Origin: Bacteroidales bacterium
GTDB taxonomy: Bacteria > Bacteroidota > Bacteroidia > Bacteroidales > UBA12077
DNA: 64,000 nt
Reading direction: 5' to 3'
Assembly: GCA_003446015.1 (NCBI GenBank)
Contig: DMBU01000193.1
Coordinates: 11,833 to 75,832 of the forward strand
Shown: positions 9,817 to 20,722 of the stretch, piece after piece
How the letters are laid out: every line of letters starts with the position of its first letter
How positions within the stretch are numbered: position 1 is the stretch's first letter
Notes under the pieces: model-generated
Database searches by the model: none
The model's input: the letters and a program-made list of their open reading frames with translations, nothing else
Told to the model about the DNA's origin: nothing
Translations under genes and position numbers: made by a program

Positions 9817-10800
9817 ATGAAAAAATTAATAATTAGTTTATTTCTTATTCCTTTTTTCTGTTATTCACAAAATACCATTCATTACCCTGACGATGTTTTA
9901 CCAACGGATAGTGCCTTATTATTTGCACCTGGATTAATTAATACCGGGTTATTTACAAGAGATTTTACTATGTCGCCGGATCGACAAGAAATATATTTTT
10001 CTATATTGTCTGGTAGGAATGCATTTATTATGGTCTCAAATTATAAAAATGAAAAATGGAATGAACCTGAAATAGCTTCATTTTCGGGAAGTAATCAGTT
10101 CTTTGATTTTGAGCCTCATATATCTGCTGATGGTAATAAAATTTACTTTTTAACTACGCGTCCAACAGAAGGTCAGGAAATAAAACCAGGATGGCAAAAT
10201 CAGAATATTTTTGTTGTTGATAGAACAAAAGATGGATGGAGCGAACCATATGATATTGGATCGCCTGTAAATACAATATATAATGAGTTTTATCCTTCAG
10301 TTTCAGAAAATAATAATTTCTATTTTACGCATAGCACAGATACAAAGGATGCAGCATTATATGTTTCCGAATATCAAAACGGGAAGTATTGCGAACCTCA
10401 AAAATTATCATTTGGTAACGATAGTATGTTAATGCTATATAATGCAACTGTTTCAAGAGATGAAAGTTTTATTTTAACTTGTGGTTCACCAAAAGATAAT
10501 CCAGGAAAATCAAATTACTACGTTTCATTTAATTTAGGAAATCACAATTGGAGTGATTTAATTGATATCACTAATTATATTGGATATGAAGGTGGAGCTG
10601 CAGCATCCATTTCTTTATCACCGGATGGAAAATACATTTTCTTCAGTGCAATTGTTGCTGATGAAAAAAATACAGCAGTTTATGCAGGAATGACCCTCTC
10701 TGAAATTAAAGAAAATAGAATAAAACCTCAAATTGGATCATCGAATGTTTACTGGATAAGTTCAAAATTTATTAGAGAGCTACAGAAGATGAAATTATAG
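9817..10800 (+). CDS. TolB-like PD40 beta-propeller repeat protein, a tandem paralog of the previous gene.
   Basis: Same architecture and collinear motifs ('LLFAPGLINTG', 'ISADGNKIYFLTTR', 'LSPDGKYIFFSA'). 10-nt gap after the upstream gene. Confidence 0.7.
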   Translation: MKKLIISLFLIPFFCYSQNTIHYPDDVLPTDSALLFAPGLINTGLFTRDFTMSPDRQEIYFSILSGRNAFIMVSNYKNEKWNEPEIASFSGSNQFFDFEPHISADGNKIYFLTTRPTEGQEIKPGWQNQNIFVVDRTKDGWSEPYDIGSPVNTIYNEFYPSVSENNNFYFTHSTDTKDAALYVSEYQNGKYCEPQKLSFGNDSMLMLYNATVSRDESFILTCGSPKDNPGKSNYYVSFNLGNHNWSDLIDITNYIGYEGGAAASISLSPDGKYIFFSAIVADEKNTAVYAGMTLSEIKENRIKPQIGSSNVYWISSKFIRELQKMKL

Positions 10801-10825
10801 AAAAAATATATTCTAAAAATTGATT

Positions 10826-10888
10826 TACCGCAAAGACGCAGAGTCGCAAAGAAATATTATAAAAGTATACTTAGCGCCTTGGCGAATT
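10826..10888. repeat. REP/MITE-like intergenic element of the Bacteroidota 'CGCAAAG' type.
   Basis: TACCGCAAAGACGCAGAGTCGCAAAGAAA ... CTTAGCGCCTTGGCGAATT, with GC-rich arms in an AT-rich spacer between convergent genes. Same class as the element at 55412..55519. Confidence 0.5.
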
Positions 10889-10911
10889 GTCTGTATGTTA
10901 ATTCATTTTTC

Positions 10912-12873
10912 TTAGTTTTCGCAAAATCTGGCAATAACCGTATAAGCGTTTTGCAGACCTAATTCTCCTGCAACACTCATATCCATGCAACCATTTTCAG
11001 TTTCTTTTAGATAAATGTAGGTTAAGCCCCGGTTATAATATGCTTCGGCAAATACAGGCTCCTGCTGAATTACCTTATTAAAAACATCTATTGCTTTACG
11101 ATAGTCGCGTGTTTTTAAATGTGTATTAGCCAGATTATATGCCGAGAATATAAAACCAGGTTCTATTTCAAGCGATTTTAAATAATCATGAATAACCAAA
11201 TCATAATCCTGAATACTTTCTGTTGATTTTATGGTATTACCGGTAGTTGTATTTCCCATTGGATTGATTAGAATAACTTCGTTTTCCTGTTCCAAAAGTT
11301 TCATGTAATCAATCATTTCCGACCTCACATTAGCTCGACAGTAATACAACATGAAGTTGTCAGGGTCGAATTTCAATGCCAGGTCAAGATCGGAGAGGGC
11401 TCCATTATAATTTTTATTTAAACTCTTATATATACTGCTTTGAATCAGATTCTCTGTTTTATTATTTGTTATAATATATTCATTATCCAATCTTTCAATC
11501 TCACTATTTATAATATCTGTTTCAAAAACTTCTTCAATTTCATTTTCAATAACTAAATTTAATTCTCGATATCTGCCTTTTAAACCTTCAATGGGTTCAT
11601 AAAGCACAGCTAATCGTTCAAAATAGGTGCTATTTGTTTTTCCAAAAACCATTTTAAAATTATTTTCAGGAATAATACGTTCGCTGAAATTAGGGTTATT
11701 ATAAAAACGACTACTAGATTTAAGAGTAATTAAGCTTTGAAAGTTTTCTGTTGTATCGGCATAACTGATATAAGTCTCTTGATTTTGTTTTACATTTTTA
11801 ATTATTTGATCGGCTCTTTCTCGGTCGGTTATAGCTCCATTCAGATCATGTAATCGTTGCCGAACAATTGACCTGTTAATATATGCTTTGGCAAAATCGG
11901 GATAAATTTCAATCGCCTGTGTAAAATCAATAAAAGCACCTTGAAGATCATTGGATTCTAATTTTATTAACCCCCTGTTAAAATATGAAAGAATATTTTG
12001 AGGATTTAAGATGATAACTTTATCTAAATCTTTTATTGCTTCTTTGCTTTTTCCTGTTTCATTTTTTATTAATGCCCGGTTAAAAAGAGCCATTGAGTTA
12101 TCAGGTTCAATTTGTATGGCTGTATCTAAATCCATTATTGATTGATCAACTCTTTTAAGGTGATAATTAGAAAGTGATCTGTTAATATAAGCACCTGCAT
12201 TTAAGGGATCTAATTCTATTACTTTATTATAATTTACAATTGCTGTATCAAATTTATGCCACTCCGAATAAAGAATCCCTCTGTTCATGTATACATCAGT
12301 AAAATCGGGATCAATCTCCAGAGCCTTTTCATAATCAGAAAGAGCTCCAAGCGTATCTTCCAATAAATTTCTGGCTAATCCTCGATAAAAGTATGCTCTT
12401 TTATTCTTCTTCAACATTTCAAGCGATTTATTAAAATCGCTTACCGCCTGTTTATATTGATTAATTTTTATCTTACAAAAGCCACGAGTTATATAAAAAT
12501 CTGGTTCAATAGCATTTAATTTTATGGCATCGTTAAAATCGTTAATAGCCAGGAAGTACTTTTTCAAATTAATTCTTGTATAGCCTCTGTATCTTAATGC
12601 ATCTGTATGGTTTGGCTTAAGCTCAACAGCCTTATTATAATCTTGCTCGGCTCCCATATAATCCATTAAATTATATTTTGCTATTCCGCGCAAAAAGTAT
12701 GGCTCAGAAAACTCGGGTTTAACTTTAATAACAATATTAAATGATTCTATAGCTTCGTTATATTTTTCTGCATACAATTGAGCACGTCCTCGATCTAAAT
12801 AATGATTAATATTCAGTTGGCCTTGTGCAACAATGGTAACTAAGACAAAAACGAGGAGTATCGATTTTTTCAT
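10912..12873 (-). CDS. Tetratricopeptide (TPR) repeat protein, exported.
   Basis: 653 aa with a signal peptide. More than 12 consecutive 34-aa repeats of the form 'A..D..KA.E.DP....AY.NRG'. Confidence 0.85.
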   Translation of the reverse strand: MKKSILLVFVLVTIVAQGQLNINHYLDRGRAQLYAEKYNEAIESFNIVIKVKPEFSEPYFLRGIAKYNLMDYMGAEQDYNKAVELKPNHTDALRYRGYTRINLKKYFLAINDFNDAIKLNAIEPDFYITRGFCKIKINQYKQAVSDFNKSLEMLKKNKRAYFYRGLARNLLEDTLGALSDYEKALEIDPDFTDVYMNRGILYSEWHKFDTAIVNYNKVIELDPLNAGAYINRSLSNYHLKRVDQSIMDLDTAIQIEPDNSMALFNRALIKNETGKSKEAIKDLDKVIILNPQNILSYFNRGLIKLESNDLQGAFIDFTQAIEIYPDFAKAYINRSIVRQRLHDLNGAITDRERADQIIKNVKQNQETYISYADTTENFQSLITLKSSSRFYNNPNFSERIIPENNFKMVFGKTNSTYFERLAVLYEPIEGLKGRYRELNLVIENEIEEVFETDIINSEIERLDNEYIITNNKTENLIQSSIYKSLNKNYNGALSDLDLALKFDPDNFMLYYCRANVRSEMIDYMKLLEQENEVILINPMGNTTTGNTIKSTESIQDYDLVIHDYLKSLEIEPGFIFSAYNLANTHLKTRDYRKAIDVFNKVIQQEPVFAEAYYNRGLTYIYLKETENGCMDMSVAGELGLQNAYTVIARFCEN

Positions 12874-12889
12874 GCAGTTAGGAAAGTAC

Positions 12890-13354
12890 TTATACGGTGT
12901 AAATTAAATTAAGGATTTTTGAAAGCTCCATTTCATCCACTTCATCAAACTGATTATATTCGTTACTATCAACGTCTAATACACCAATAATATTTCCTTC
13001 TTTGTTTTTTAAAGGAATTACAATTTCAGATTTCGACCGAGAGTCGCAGGCAATATGTCCCGGAAACTGCTCAACATCAGGTACAACAATAGCTCTTTTC
13101 TGATTTATACCAGCCCAGCAAACACCTGTATCTTTTTTAAGTTCCTGGCATGCAACAGGGCCTTGATATTGACCAACAATTAATTTATCATCTTTTAAAA
13201 AGTAAAAGCCTGTCCAGAAGAAGTATTCCATTTTATTGTGTAATACAGCAATAATCGACGACATTCGGGCAAATGGATCATTTGTTTTTTGAAGTAACTC
13301 TTCTAACTGTTTGTATATTCTCTCGTAACGTCCTTGTTTTTTCTTCTTATCCAT
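12890..13354 (-). CDS. GAF-domain protein, free methionine-(R)-sulfoxide reductase-like (YebR/fRMsr family).
   Basis: 154 aa. 'FFWTGFYFL...LIVGQYQGPVACQEL...GVCW...PDVEQFPGHIACDSRSKSEIVIPL' matches fRMsr-type GAF proteins. Confidence 0.75.
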   Translation of the reverse strand: MDKKKKQGRYERIYKQLEELLQKTNDPFARMSSIIAVLHNKMEYFFWTGFYFLKDDKLIVGQYQGPVACQELKKDTGVCWAGINQKRAIVVPDVEQFPGHIACDSRSKSEIVIPLKNKEGNIIGVLDVDSNEYNQFDEVDEMELSKILNLIYTV

Positions 13355-13488
13355 GATATTGTGATTTTGAATTTCAAAGGTAATAATTTTTATACTTGCT
13401 AAAACTTAAAACTTAAACATAGATGTTCCTAAATTGTTAATTAAACTTAATTTATCTTTGCTAGTCAATAGAGCATCAAAATACTCAA

Positions 13489-14784
13489 ATGCGTTTACAG
13501 ATAATCAAAAACCTTGATATAAAGGAAACCAGAACTTTTTATTTACACATGACATTCTCGATTATTGACGGAATGATTCGTGCAGCCTTGTTATTAAATG
13601 AATATGTGTTTATAAAAAGTTTGAATGGTTCAAGTTACCAATTAAGCTTTTTGTTTCAATCGAGTGTAGTTGTACTATTGCTCTCCGTTTTATTTAACGA
13701 AATGATTTTTAGAGCAAAAAGAAAGCGCAGACTTTTACGCAGGGCCGGTTTTTTAACTCATTTTCCATTGCTTATTTTATTGTTTTTCCCCAGAACACCT
13801 GAAATGTATGCTATAAATTCCATTTATCATTATGTCTTTCTTTTTGTATTTTTCACGTATTATTTGTCATACCCGATCGTTTTGCCAACCATTAATTTGT
13901 TCTTAAAAAACGCATATTCTAATGATAATTTTGGAAGGCTTTACGGAATATCATCTTCAATACGACAAATAATGATGATGCTTACATTCTTTGCCTTAGG
14001 ATTATTGCTCGATGCCGACCCTTTTTCATTTACCTGGTTTTTTCCCTTCTTAGGTTTACTTGGGTTTTTTAGCATTGTTCTTTTTTCGAGAATTGAATAC
14101 ATTCCTAAAACTATCCCTGAAATTTCGGAAGGATTAATTAAAGCTGTTTTTACTTCGTTTAAGAAAATGGTAAACATTCTTAAAACCAATAAAGCATATC
14201 TTGATTTTCAGATTGCGTATATTTTTTATGGTTTTAGTTTTATGAGCACCCGTTCTGTAATCAATATTTTTTATGATAAGGAGCTTTCGCTAAACTATTC
14301 CAGCGTTGCGTTTTATCAAAATGCCTATAATATTATTGCTATAATCCTGTTACCTTTTTTTGGTAAACTAATCGGTAAAATTGATCCACGCAGGTTTACA
14401 ATAATTCCATTTATCTCGATGGCCGGATATATATTATTTATTGCTCTTTCTTCAAAATTTTCATATCATATTGAGATTTGGAATATCCAGATTTATATCA
14501 TGTTAGTGATTGCAACCATATTCTTCGGTTTTTTTAATGCTACCATGCTTTTATCATGGAATATAGGATCATCCTATTTTGGAAGCAACGAAGCAGCAGG
14601 CGATTATCAGTCTATCCATTTATTTGCAACAGGTTTACGAGGAGCAATTGCCCCAATAATTGGAATTGCACTTTATGAGTGGTTCGGATTCTCGTTAACT
14701 TTTGGAATTGCTGTAATTTCGCTTCTCGTAGCTATTTATATTTTGCGGTGGTCGTACAAAAAAAGAATAGTTCATGGTTCCTAG
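13489..14784 (+). CDS. MFS-type transporter.
   Basis: 431 aa with about 12 predicted TM helices in a 6+6 layout and a central loop. Substrate unknown. Confidence 0.65.
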   Translation: MRLQIIKNLDIKETRTFYLHMTFSIIDGMIRAALLLNEYVFIKSLNGSSYQLSFLFQSSVVVLLLSVLFNEMIFRAKRKRRLLRRAGFLTHFPLLILLFFPRTPEMYAINSIYHYVFLFVFFTYYLSYPIVLPTINLFLKNAYSNDNFGRLYGISSSIRQIMMMLTFFALGLLLDADPFSFTWFFPFLGLLGFFSIVLFSRIEYIPKTIPEISEGLIKAVFTSFKKMVNILKTNKAYLDFQIAYIFYGFSFMSTRSVINIFYDKELSLNYSSVAFYQNAYNIIAIILLPFFGKLIGKIDPRRFTIIPFISMAGYILFIALSSKFSYHIEIWNIQIYIMLVIATIFFGFFNATMLLSWNIGSSYFGSNEAAGDYQSIHLFATGLRGAIAPIIGIALYEWFGFSLTFGIAVISLLVAIYILRWSYKKRIVHGS

Positions 14785-14873
14785 TACCTTGTTTCATTCT
14801 TTGAATTTAAGATTTAGAGTTTAATTGTAATTTGTTTTTTGTATTTTGTGATTTCTAAAAAAATGTTCATACT

Positions 14874-16508
14874 ATGAAAAAATCTATTTTAATTTTAAGT
14901 ATAATGAGTTTTATGATTTCTTGCCAGCAAAAAGAAAAAGTTGATTTAATTGTAACAAATGCAAAAATTTATACTGTTGATAAGGATTTTTCGATAGTAG
15001 AAAGTGTTGCAATTCATGAAGGTAAATTTGTACAGGCAGGTAAAACAGATGAAATCTTGACTAAATATACATCAGATCAAATCCTGAATTTAGAAAACAA
15101 GTTTGTTTTTCCCGGATTTATTGATGCGCATAGTCACTTTTTTGGTTATTGTATGACCTTGTTACAAGCTGATTTGCGAGGAACAAAATCTTTTGATGAA
15201 ATCTTAGAAATAATTAAAAACCATGATGCCAAATATAACAATGATTGGGTTTTAGGTCGTAGTTGGGATCAAAATGACTGGGAAACTAAAGAATTTCCAA
15301 CCAAAGAAAAGCTGGATAAGTTATTCCCTGACAAGCCCGTTTATTTAACCCGTGTTGATGGTCATGCTGCTATAGTAAATTCTAAGGCACTTGAGTTAGC
15401 CCAAATAAATGAAAAAACAAATATTGATGGAGGTAAAATTATTATCAATAAGGGAGAACCTACAGGTGTGTTAATCGATAATGCCATGGAACTTGTTTCT
15501 GTGCTAATTCCTGATCCTGATAAGGAATCTACAATTAAAGCTCTTAAACAAGGTGAGCAAGATTGTTTTCAAGTAGGATTAACTTCTGTATGTGATGCAG
15601 GCCTGTTTAAAAATGAAGTGTTGTTAATTGATTCACTTCAAAACAATTCAGAAATGAAAATGCGTATTTACGCAATGCTTGAACCTAACGAGGAAAATAT
15701 AAATCACTTTGTTAAAAATGGAATTTATAAAACAGATCATTTAAATGTGAGATCAATTAAACTTTATGCTGATGGAGCATTAGGTTCGAGAGGTGCAAGT
15801 TTAATTGAACCATATAATGACGATCATGGAAATACCGGACTTATAATTAAATCAAAAGATTTTTACCATGAAATGTGCAAACTTGCTTATGAAAATAATT
15901 ATCAGGTAAATACACATGCTATTGGCGATAACGCTAACAGACTAATGCTTGATATTTATGCAGAATATTTAAAGGAACCAAACGATAAACGCTGGAGAAT
16001 TGAACATTCACAAGTTATTCATCCTGATGATGTTGATAAATTTGGTAAGTTTAATATTATTCCTTCAATACAGGCAACACATTGTACATCTGATATGTAT
16101 TGGGCCGAGGAGAGGTTAGGAGAGGAACGAATAAAAAATGCATATATATATAAGGTATTATTAAATCAAAATGGATGGATCCCAAATGGAACTGATTTCC
16201 CAGTAGAAAAAATTGATCCAATATTAACTTTCTATGCTTCTGTTGCACGTAAAGATATTGAAGGATATCCCAATGGAGGTTTTCAAATTGAAAATGCATT
16301 AACTCGCGAAGAAACATTAAAATCTATGACCATATGGGCAGCAAAAGCAGCTTTTGAAGAAAACGAAAAAGGAAGCATTGAAGCAGGAAAATTTGCAGAC
16401 TTCATTGTAACAGATGAAAATATTATGGAAATTGATGAAAATGAGATTCCATATATTAAAATCTTAAAAACCTATAGTTCAGGAATGTTATTATGGGAAT
16501 ATAAATAA
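14874..16508 (+). CDS. Amidohydrolase-family metallohydrolase (Amidohydro_3/YtcJ-like), lipoprotein.
   Basis: 'FPGFIDAHSHF' HxH metal motif, 'VNTHAIGD', 'RIEHSQ' and 'GTDFP'. N-terminal lipobox ISC. Confidence 0.85.
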   Translation: MKKSILILSIMSFMISCQQKEKVDLIVTNAKIYTVDKDFSIVESVAIHEGKFVQAGKTDEILTKYTSDQILNLENKFVFPGFIDAHSHFFGYCMTLLQADLRGTKSFDEILEIIKNHDAKYNNDWVLGRSWDQNDWETKEFPTKEKLDKLFPDKPVYLTRVDGHAAIVNSKALELAQINEKTNIDGGKIIINKGEPTGVLIDNAMELVSVLIPDPDKESTIKALKQGEQDCFQVGLTSVCDAGLFKNEVLLIDSLQNNSEMKMRIYAMLEPNEENINHFVKNGIYKTDHLNVRSIKLYADGALGSRGASLIEPYNDDHGNTGLIIKSKDFYHEMCKLAYENNYQVNTHAIGDNANRLMLDIYAEYLKEPNDKRWRIEHSQVIHPDDVDKFGKFNIIPSIQATHCTSDMYWAEERLGEERIKNAYIYKVLLNQNGWIPNGTDFPVEKIDPILTFYASVARKDIEGYPNGGFQIENALTREETLKSMTIWAAKAAFEENEKGSIEAGKFADFIVTDENIMEIDENEIPYIKILKTYSSGMLLWEYK

Positions 16509-16552
16509 AGGGATTAGCTTAGTATTATTATAACATTTTTATACTTTTGCAG

Positions 16553-16580
16553 CTCCGAATAAATTTCTATTCGGAGTTTT
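16553..16580 (+). terminator. Hairpin plus T-run between the amidohydrolase gene and prfC.
   Basis: CTCCGAATA-AATTTC-TATTCGGAG is a 9-bp perfect stem followed by TTTTAATTTT. A TACTTTTG -7-like box sits just upstream at 16542..16549, so this could instead be a prfC leader. Confidence 0.6.
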
Positions 16581-16586
16581 AATTTT

Positions 16587-18173
16587 GTGAATATGGGGTT
16601 TAATGAAGAAATATTGCGTAGAAGAACATTCGGAATTGTTAGTCATCCGGATGCAGGGAAAACAACATTAACAGAAAAATTATTGTTGTTCGGTGGCGCA
16701 ATACATGTGGCTGGAGCTGTAAAGAGTAATAAAATTAAAAAGACTGCTACATCAGATTTTATGGAAATTGAACGTCAACGTGGTATTTCTGTGGCAACAT
16801 CGGTTATGGGATTTGAATATCAGGGTCGTAAAATTAATATACTTGATACTCCCGGCCACCAGGATTTTGCCGAGGACACGTTTCGTACATTAACAGCTGT
16901 TGATAGTGTTATTATTGTTATCGATTCTGCAAAAGGAGTAGAACCACAAACCCTAAAATTAATGGAAGTTTGTCGCATGCGAAAAACTCCTGTTATGGTT
17001 TTTATAAACAAACTTGATCGTAGTGGTAAAGATCCCTTTGAATTATTAGATAATATTGAAAATGAATTAAAAATTCATGTTCGTCCTTTAAGCTGGCCTA
17101 TAAGTAATGGTCCTACTTTTAAAGGTGTTTATAATATTTATGAAGAAAAACTTAATCTTTTTAGCGGAGAAGATAAACAAACCATAGCTGAATCTATTGA
17201 ATTAAAAGATATTAGCTCTCCAGAGTTAGAAGATTATATTGGGAGTAAATTCGCAAAAACATTGCGCGATGAATTGGAATTAATTACCGAAGTTTATCCA
17301 AAATTTGAAGTTGAAACCTATTTAAAAGGCGATTTAGCTCCTGTGTTTTTTGGAAGTGCACTCAATAACTTCGGAGTTCAGGAACTTCTTAATTGTTTTG
17401 TTGATATTGCTCCATATCCAAGACCAGTGCATGCCGAAGAAAGAGATATTGATCCTTTTGAAAATAAATTCTCGGGATTTGTATTTAAAATTCATGCCAA
17501 TATGGATCCAAATCATCGTGATCGTATTGCTTTTGTTAAAATATGCTCAGGAACTTTTAAAAGAAACACGAACTATTTGCATGTGCGTGCAGGGAAAAAT
17601 TTAAAGTTTCCAACACCAACAGCTTTCATGGCTGAAAAAAAATCTATAATAGATGAAGCTTTTCCTGGCGATATCATTGGTATACATGATACAGGGAATT
17701 TTAAAATTGGAGACACTCTTTCGGAAGGTGAGCAAATTCATTTTAAAGGAATTCCAAGTTTTTCTCCAGAAATGTTCAGATACGTAGAAAATGCTGATCC
17801 GATGAAATATAAACAATTGGCGAAAGGTTTGGATCAGTTAATGGACGAGGGTGTTGCTCAGCTTTTTACGAATAAATTTAATGGTCGAAAGATTATTGGT
17901 ACTGTAGGTCAATTACAATTTGACGTTATTCAGTTTCGTTTAGAACATGAATATGGAGCAAAGTGCAAATATGAATCAATTCAAATGCATAAAGCTTGTT
18001 GGATTAAAACAAAAGACAAAGAGCAATTAGAAGATTTCAGAAAAAGAAAATTCGCAAATATTGCTATTGATAAGCACGGACGTGAGGTATTTTTGGCTGA
18101 CTCACCTTATTCATTGCAAATGGCACAAGAAAAATTCAATAAAATAGAATTTCATTTTACATCTGAATTTTAA
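16587..18173 (+). CDS. prfC: Peptide chain release factor 3.
   Basis: '[29 protein letters not shown]', 'DTPGHQDF', 'NKLDR' GTPase motifs and full-length RF3-like collinearity. The track start is GTG at 16587; ATG at 16593 is an alternative. Confidence 0.95.
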   Translation: MNMGFNEEILRRRTFGIVSHPDAGKTTLTEKLLLFGGAIHVAGAVKSNKIKKTATSDFMEIERQRGISVATSVMGFEYQGRKINILDTPGHQDFAEDTFRTLTAVDSVIIVIDSAKGVEPQTLKLMEVCRMRKTPVMVFINKLDRSGKDPFELLDNIENELKIHVRPLSWPISNGPTFKGVYNIYEEKLNLFSGEDKQTIAESIELKDISSPELEDYIGSKFAKTLRDELELITEVYPKFEVETYLKGDLAPVFFGSALNNFGVQELLNCFVDIAPYPRPVHAEERDIDPFENKFSGFVFKIHANMDPNHRDRIAFVKICSGTFKRNTNYLHVRAGKNLKFPTPTAFMAEKKSIIDEAFPGDIIGIHDTGNFKIGDTLSEGEQIHFKGIPSFSPEMFRYVENADPMKYKQLAKGLDQLMDEGVAQLFTNKFNGRKIIGTVGQLQFDVIQFRLEHEYGAKCKYESIQMHKACWIKTKDKEQLEDFRKRKFANIAIDKHGREVFLADSPYSLQMAQEKFNKIEFHFTSEF

Positions 18174-18235
18174 TTTGCATTAAACCATTTTAAGATATTT
18201 AAGTCTGTTTTGTTGGGAATCTAAATTGATTAATC

Positions 18236-20683
18236 GTGAGAAAATATCTTTACTTATTATTTATTATTTTTATTAGTATTCAGTCTACAGCCAAGTCAAT
18301 AAATAACAAAAAACGTACATTAGAAATATCTAAAGTCTCAGAATCTCCTAAAATTGATGGTAATTTAAGCGATCAATGCTGGTCAAATGCAGCTTTAGCA
18401 AAAGACTTTTTTCAGTATGAACCTTATAATGGAAAAGCACCTTCTTTGCCAACAGAGGTTCGTGTAGTTTATGATGATCATGCTATTTATTTTGCTGCTA
18501 AATTAATAGATAATAACCCTGATAGTATTCTTCGTGAATTATCAAATCGTGATTCTTTTGATGGAGCCAATGCCGATTTATTTGCTGTGGTAATTAATAC
18601 GTTTAACGACGGAATTAATGCAGTCAATTTTTTAGTTTCAGCTTCAGGAGTTCAGTCTGATGAAAAAATTACCGGTGATGATGGTGATTCAAATTGGGAT
18701 GCTGTTTGGGAAAGTGCAGTTAAAATAACTAATGAAGGATGGAATGTCGAAATAAAAATCCCTTATAGTGCGTTGCGTTTTCCAAATAAAGAAAATCAAA
18801 CCTGGGGGATTCATTTTTGGAGGAACATTAGAAGATACCGTGAATGGAGTTCATGGAACTATATAGACATCAATATAAATGGCCTTGTTAACCAAATGGG
18901 AGAATTAACAGGAGTAAATGGAATTGAGCCTCCCTTGCGTTTATCAGTTACTCCATATGTTTCTGCATATTTGCAAAACGATGCCGACGATAATTCATGG
19001 GGAAATGATTTTAATGCCGGAATGGATTTAAAATGGGGTATTAACCAAAGTTTTACGCTGGATATGATATTAATCCCGGATTTCGGACAGGTGCAATCCG
19101 ACGATGAAGTGTTAAATCTTTCTCCATATGAAATAATGTATTCCGAAAAAAGACCATTTTTTACAGAAGGCACAGAATTGTTTAATAAAGGGGATATTTT
19201 TTATTCAAGAAGGATAGGTGCAAAACCTAAAGCTCATGATGATGTTGAAGATTTATTAAATGAAAATGAGGAAATTAAAGAAAATCCTTTGGAATCCAAC
19301 TTAATAAATGCAACCAAAATATCAGGAAGAACCGACGGTGGACTGGGAGTGGGCTTTTTCAACGCAATGACAAGTGCTTCGGAGGCTGTTATACAAGATA
19401 CAATTACCGGAGAAAAAAGAAAATATAAAACACAAGGCTTTGTTAACTATAACATGCTTGTGTTAGATCAAACCTTAAAAAATAATTCATACCTTAGTTT
19501 TGTAAATACAAATGTACTCCATGCAGAAGAGAATTTTACTGCCAATGTTACGGCTACCGAATTTAAATTAATGAATAAGGAAAATTCTTATCAAATAGTT
19601 GGACGGGGAGGCATTAGTCAAAAATATACCGATTCAACTGAACTTGGACATACGTATCTTATTGAATTTTCAAAGACAAAAGGAAATTTCCTGTTTGAAT
19701 TATTGCATAACACCGAGTCGGATACCTATGATCCTAATGATATGGGTTATTTACAGCAAAATAATGAATCTACCTGGTATGCCGAATTAAATTATAACAT
19801 TAATGAACCATTCTGGAAAGTTCTAAACTGGAAAAATGAAATCAATTTTGTATATCAAAATCTTTATGCTCCCAGAAAATTCTCGCAGTTCGAAATTAAC
19901 CTTTCATCTCGCACAACATTTGCTAAAAAATATTTGCATGTCGGAACATTTTTTCAATTTAATCCCATAGAAAATCAGGATTATTTTGAACCTCGTGTAG
20001 AAGGATGGAAATTTACAAGACCCAGATCGGGAGTTAATGAAACATGGATTTCAACTGACTATAGAAAAGCACTTGCAATTGACGTCCGGGTGGGAGGATG
20101 GAAAGCATTTGATTACAACAGATATGGATATTGGCTGGATATAGGTCCACGTATTAGATTCAATGATAAATGGTTATTTACTTATAATTTTAATATAGGA
20201 AGCGATTTTAATACCTATGGCTATGTTGAAGATTATGAAGATGCAAGCAACAACACTGTAATCAATTTTGGTGAACGTGATGTTGAAACTATTATAAATA
20301 CTATAAATACAAGTTATATTTTCAACAGTAAAATGTCGCTAAGCTTTAGGGCACGTCATTATTGGAGCAGAGTTGAATACACCGATTTTAACGAACTGCA
20401 AAACGATGGAAATTTAAGTCCTTCTATAGGATATGATACATACGGCGAAGACGAAAATTACAACTACAATGCATTTACCATCGACATGAAATACTTATGG
20501 AGGTTTGCTCCGGGCAGTGAATTATCATTAGTTTGGAAAAATGCAATTTATACCGATGAGACAAAAATTATAAATAACTTTTTCGATAATTTAAATACTA
20601 CATTTGAATCATCGCAAATTAATAGCATCTCACTTAAAATATTATATTATTTAGATTATCAGTACTTGAAACGGGATAAATAA
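18236..20683 (+). CDS. CBM9-like / DUF5916 outer-membrane-associated protein.
   Basis: 815 aa, GTG start and a signal peptide. N-terminal 'IDGNLSDQCWSNA...DFFQYEPYNGKAPSLPTEVRVVYDDHAIYFAAKLID' is a typical CBM9/DUF5916 opening. The C-terminal part is beta-rich. Confidence 0.7.
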   Translation: MRKYLYLLFIIFISIQSTAKSINNKKRTLEISKVSESPKIDGNLSDQCWSNAALAKDFFQYEPYNGKAPSLPTEVRVVYDDHAIYFAAKLIDNNPDSILRELSNRDSFDGANADLFAVVINTFNDGINAVNFLVSASGVQSDEKITGDDGDSNWDAVWESAVKITNEGWNVEIKIPYSALRFPNKENQTWGIHFWRNIRRYREWSSWNYIDININGLVNQMGELTGVNGIEPPLRLSVTPYVSAYLQNDADDNSWGNDFNAGMDLKWGINQSFTLDMILIPDFGQVQSDDEVLNLSPYEIMYSEKRPFFTEGTELFNKGDIFYSRRIGAKPKAHDDVEDLLNENEEIKENPLESNLINATKISGRTDGGLGVGFFNAMTSASEAVIQDTITGEKRKYKTQGFVNYNMLVLDQTLKNNSYLSFVNTNVLHAEENFTANVTATEFKLMNKENSYQIVGRGGISQKYTDSTELGHTYLIEFSKTKGNFLFELLHNTESDTYDPNDMGYLQQNNESTWYAELNYNINEPFWKVLNWKNEINFVYQNLYAPRKFSQFEINLSSRTTFAKKYLHVGTFFQFNPIENQDYFEPRVEGWKFTRPRSGVNETWISTDYRKALAIDVRVGGWKAFDYNRYGYWLDIGPRIRFNDKWLFTYNFNIGSDFNTYGYVEDYEDASNNTVINFGERDVETIINTINTSYIFNSKMSLSFRARHYWSRVEYTDFNELQNDGNLSPSIGYDTYGEDENYNYNAFTIDMKYLWRFAPGSELSLVWKNAIYTDETKIINNFFDNLNTTFESSQINSISLKILYYLDYQYLKRDK

Positions 20684-20691
20684 TGTTTATC

Positions 20692-20722
20692 ATAGAGCTC
20701 AATGTCTTCATGCTCTATTTTT
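20692..20722 (+). terminator. Candidate terminator after the DUF5916 gene.
   Basis: ATAGAGC-13 nt-GCTCTAT followed by TTTTT. The loop is long. Confidence 0.5.
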
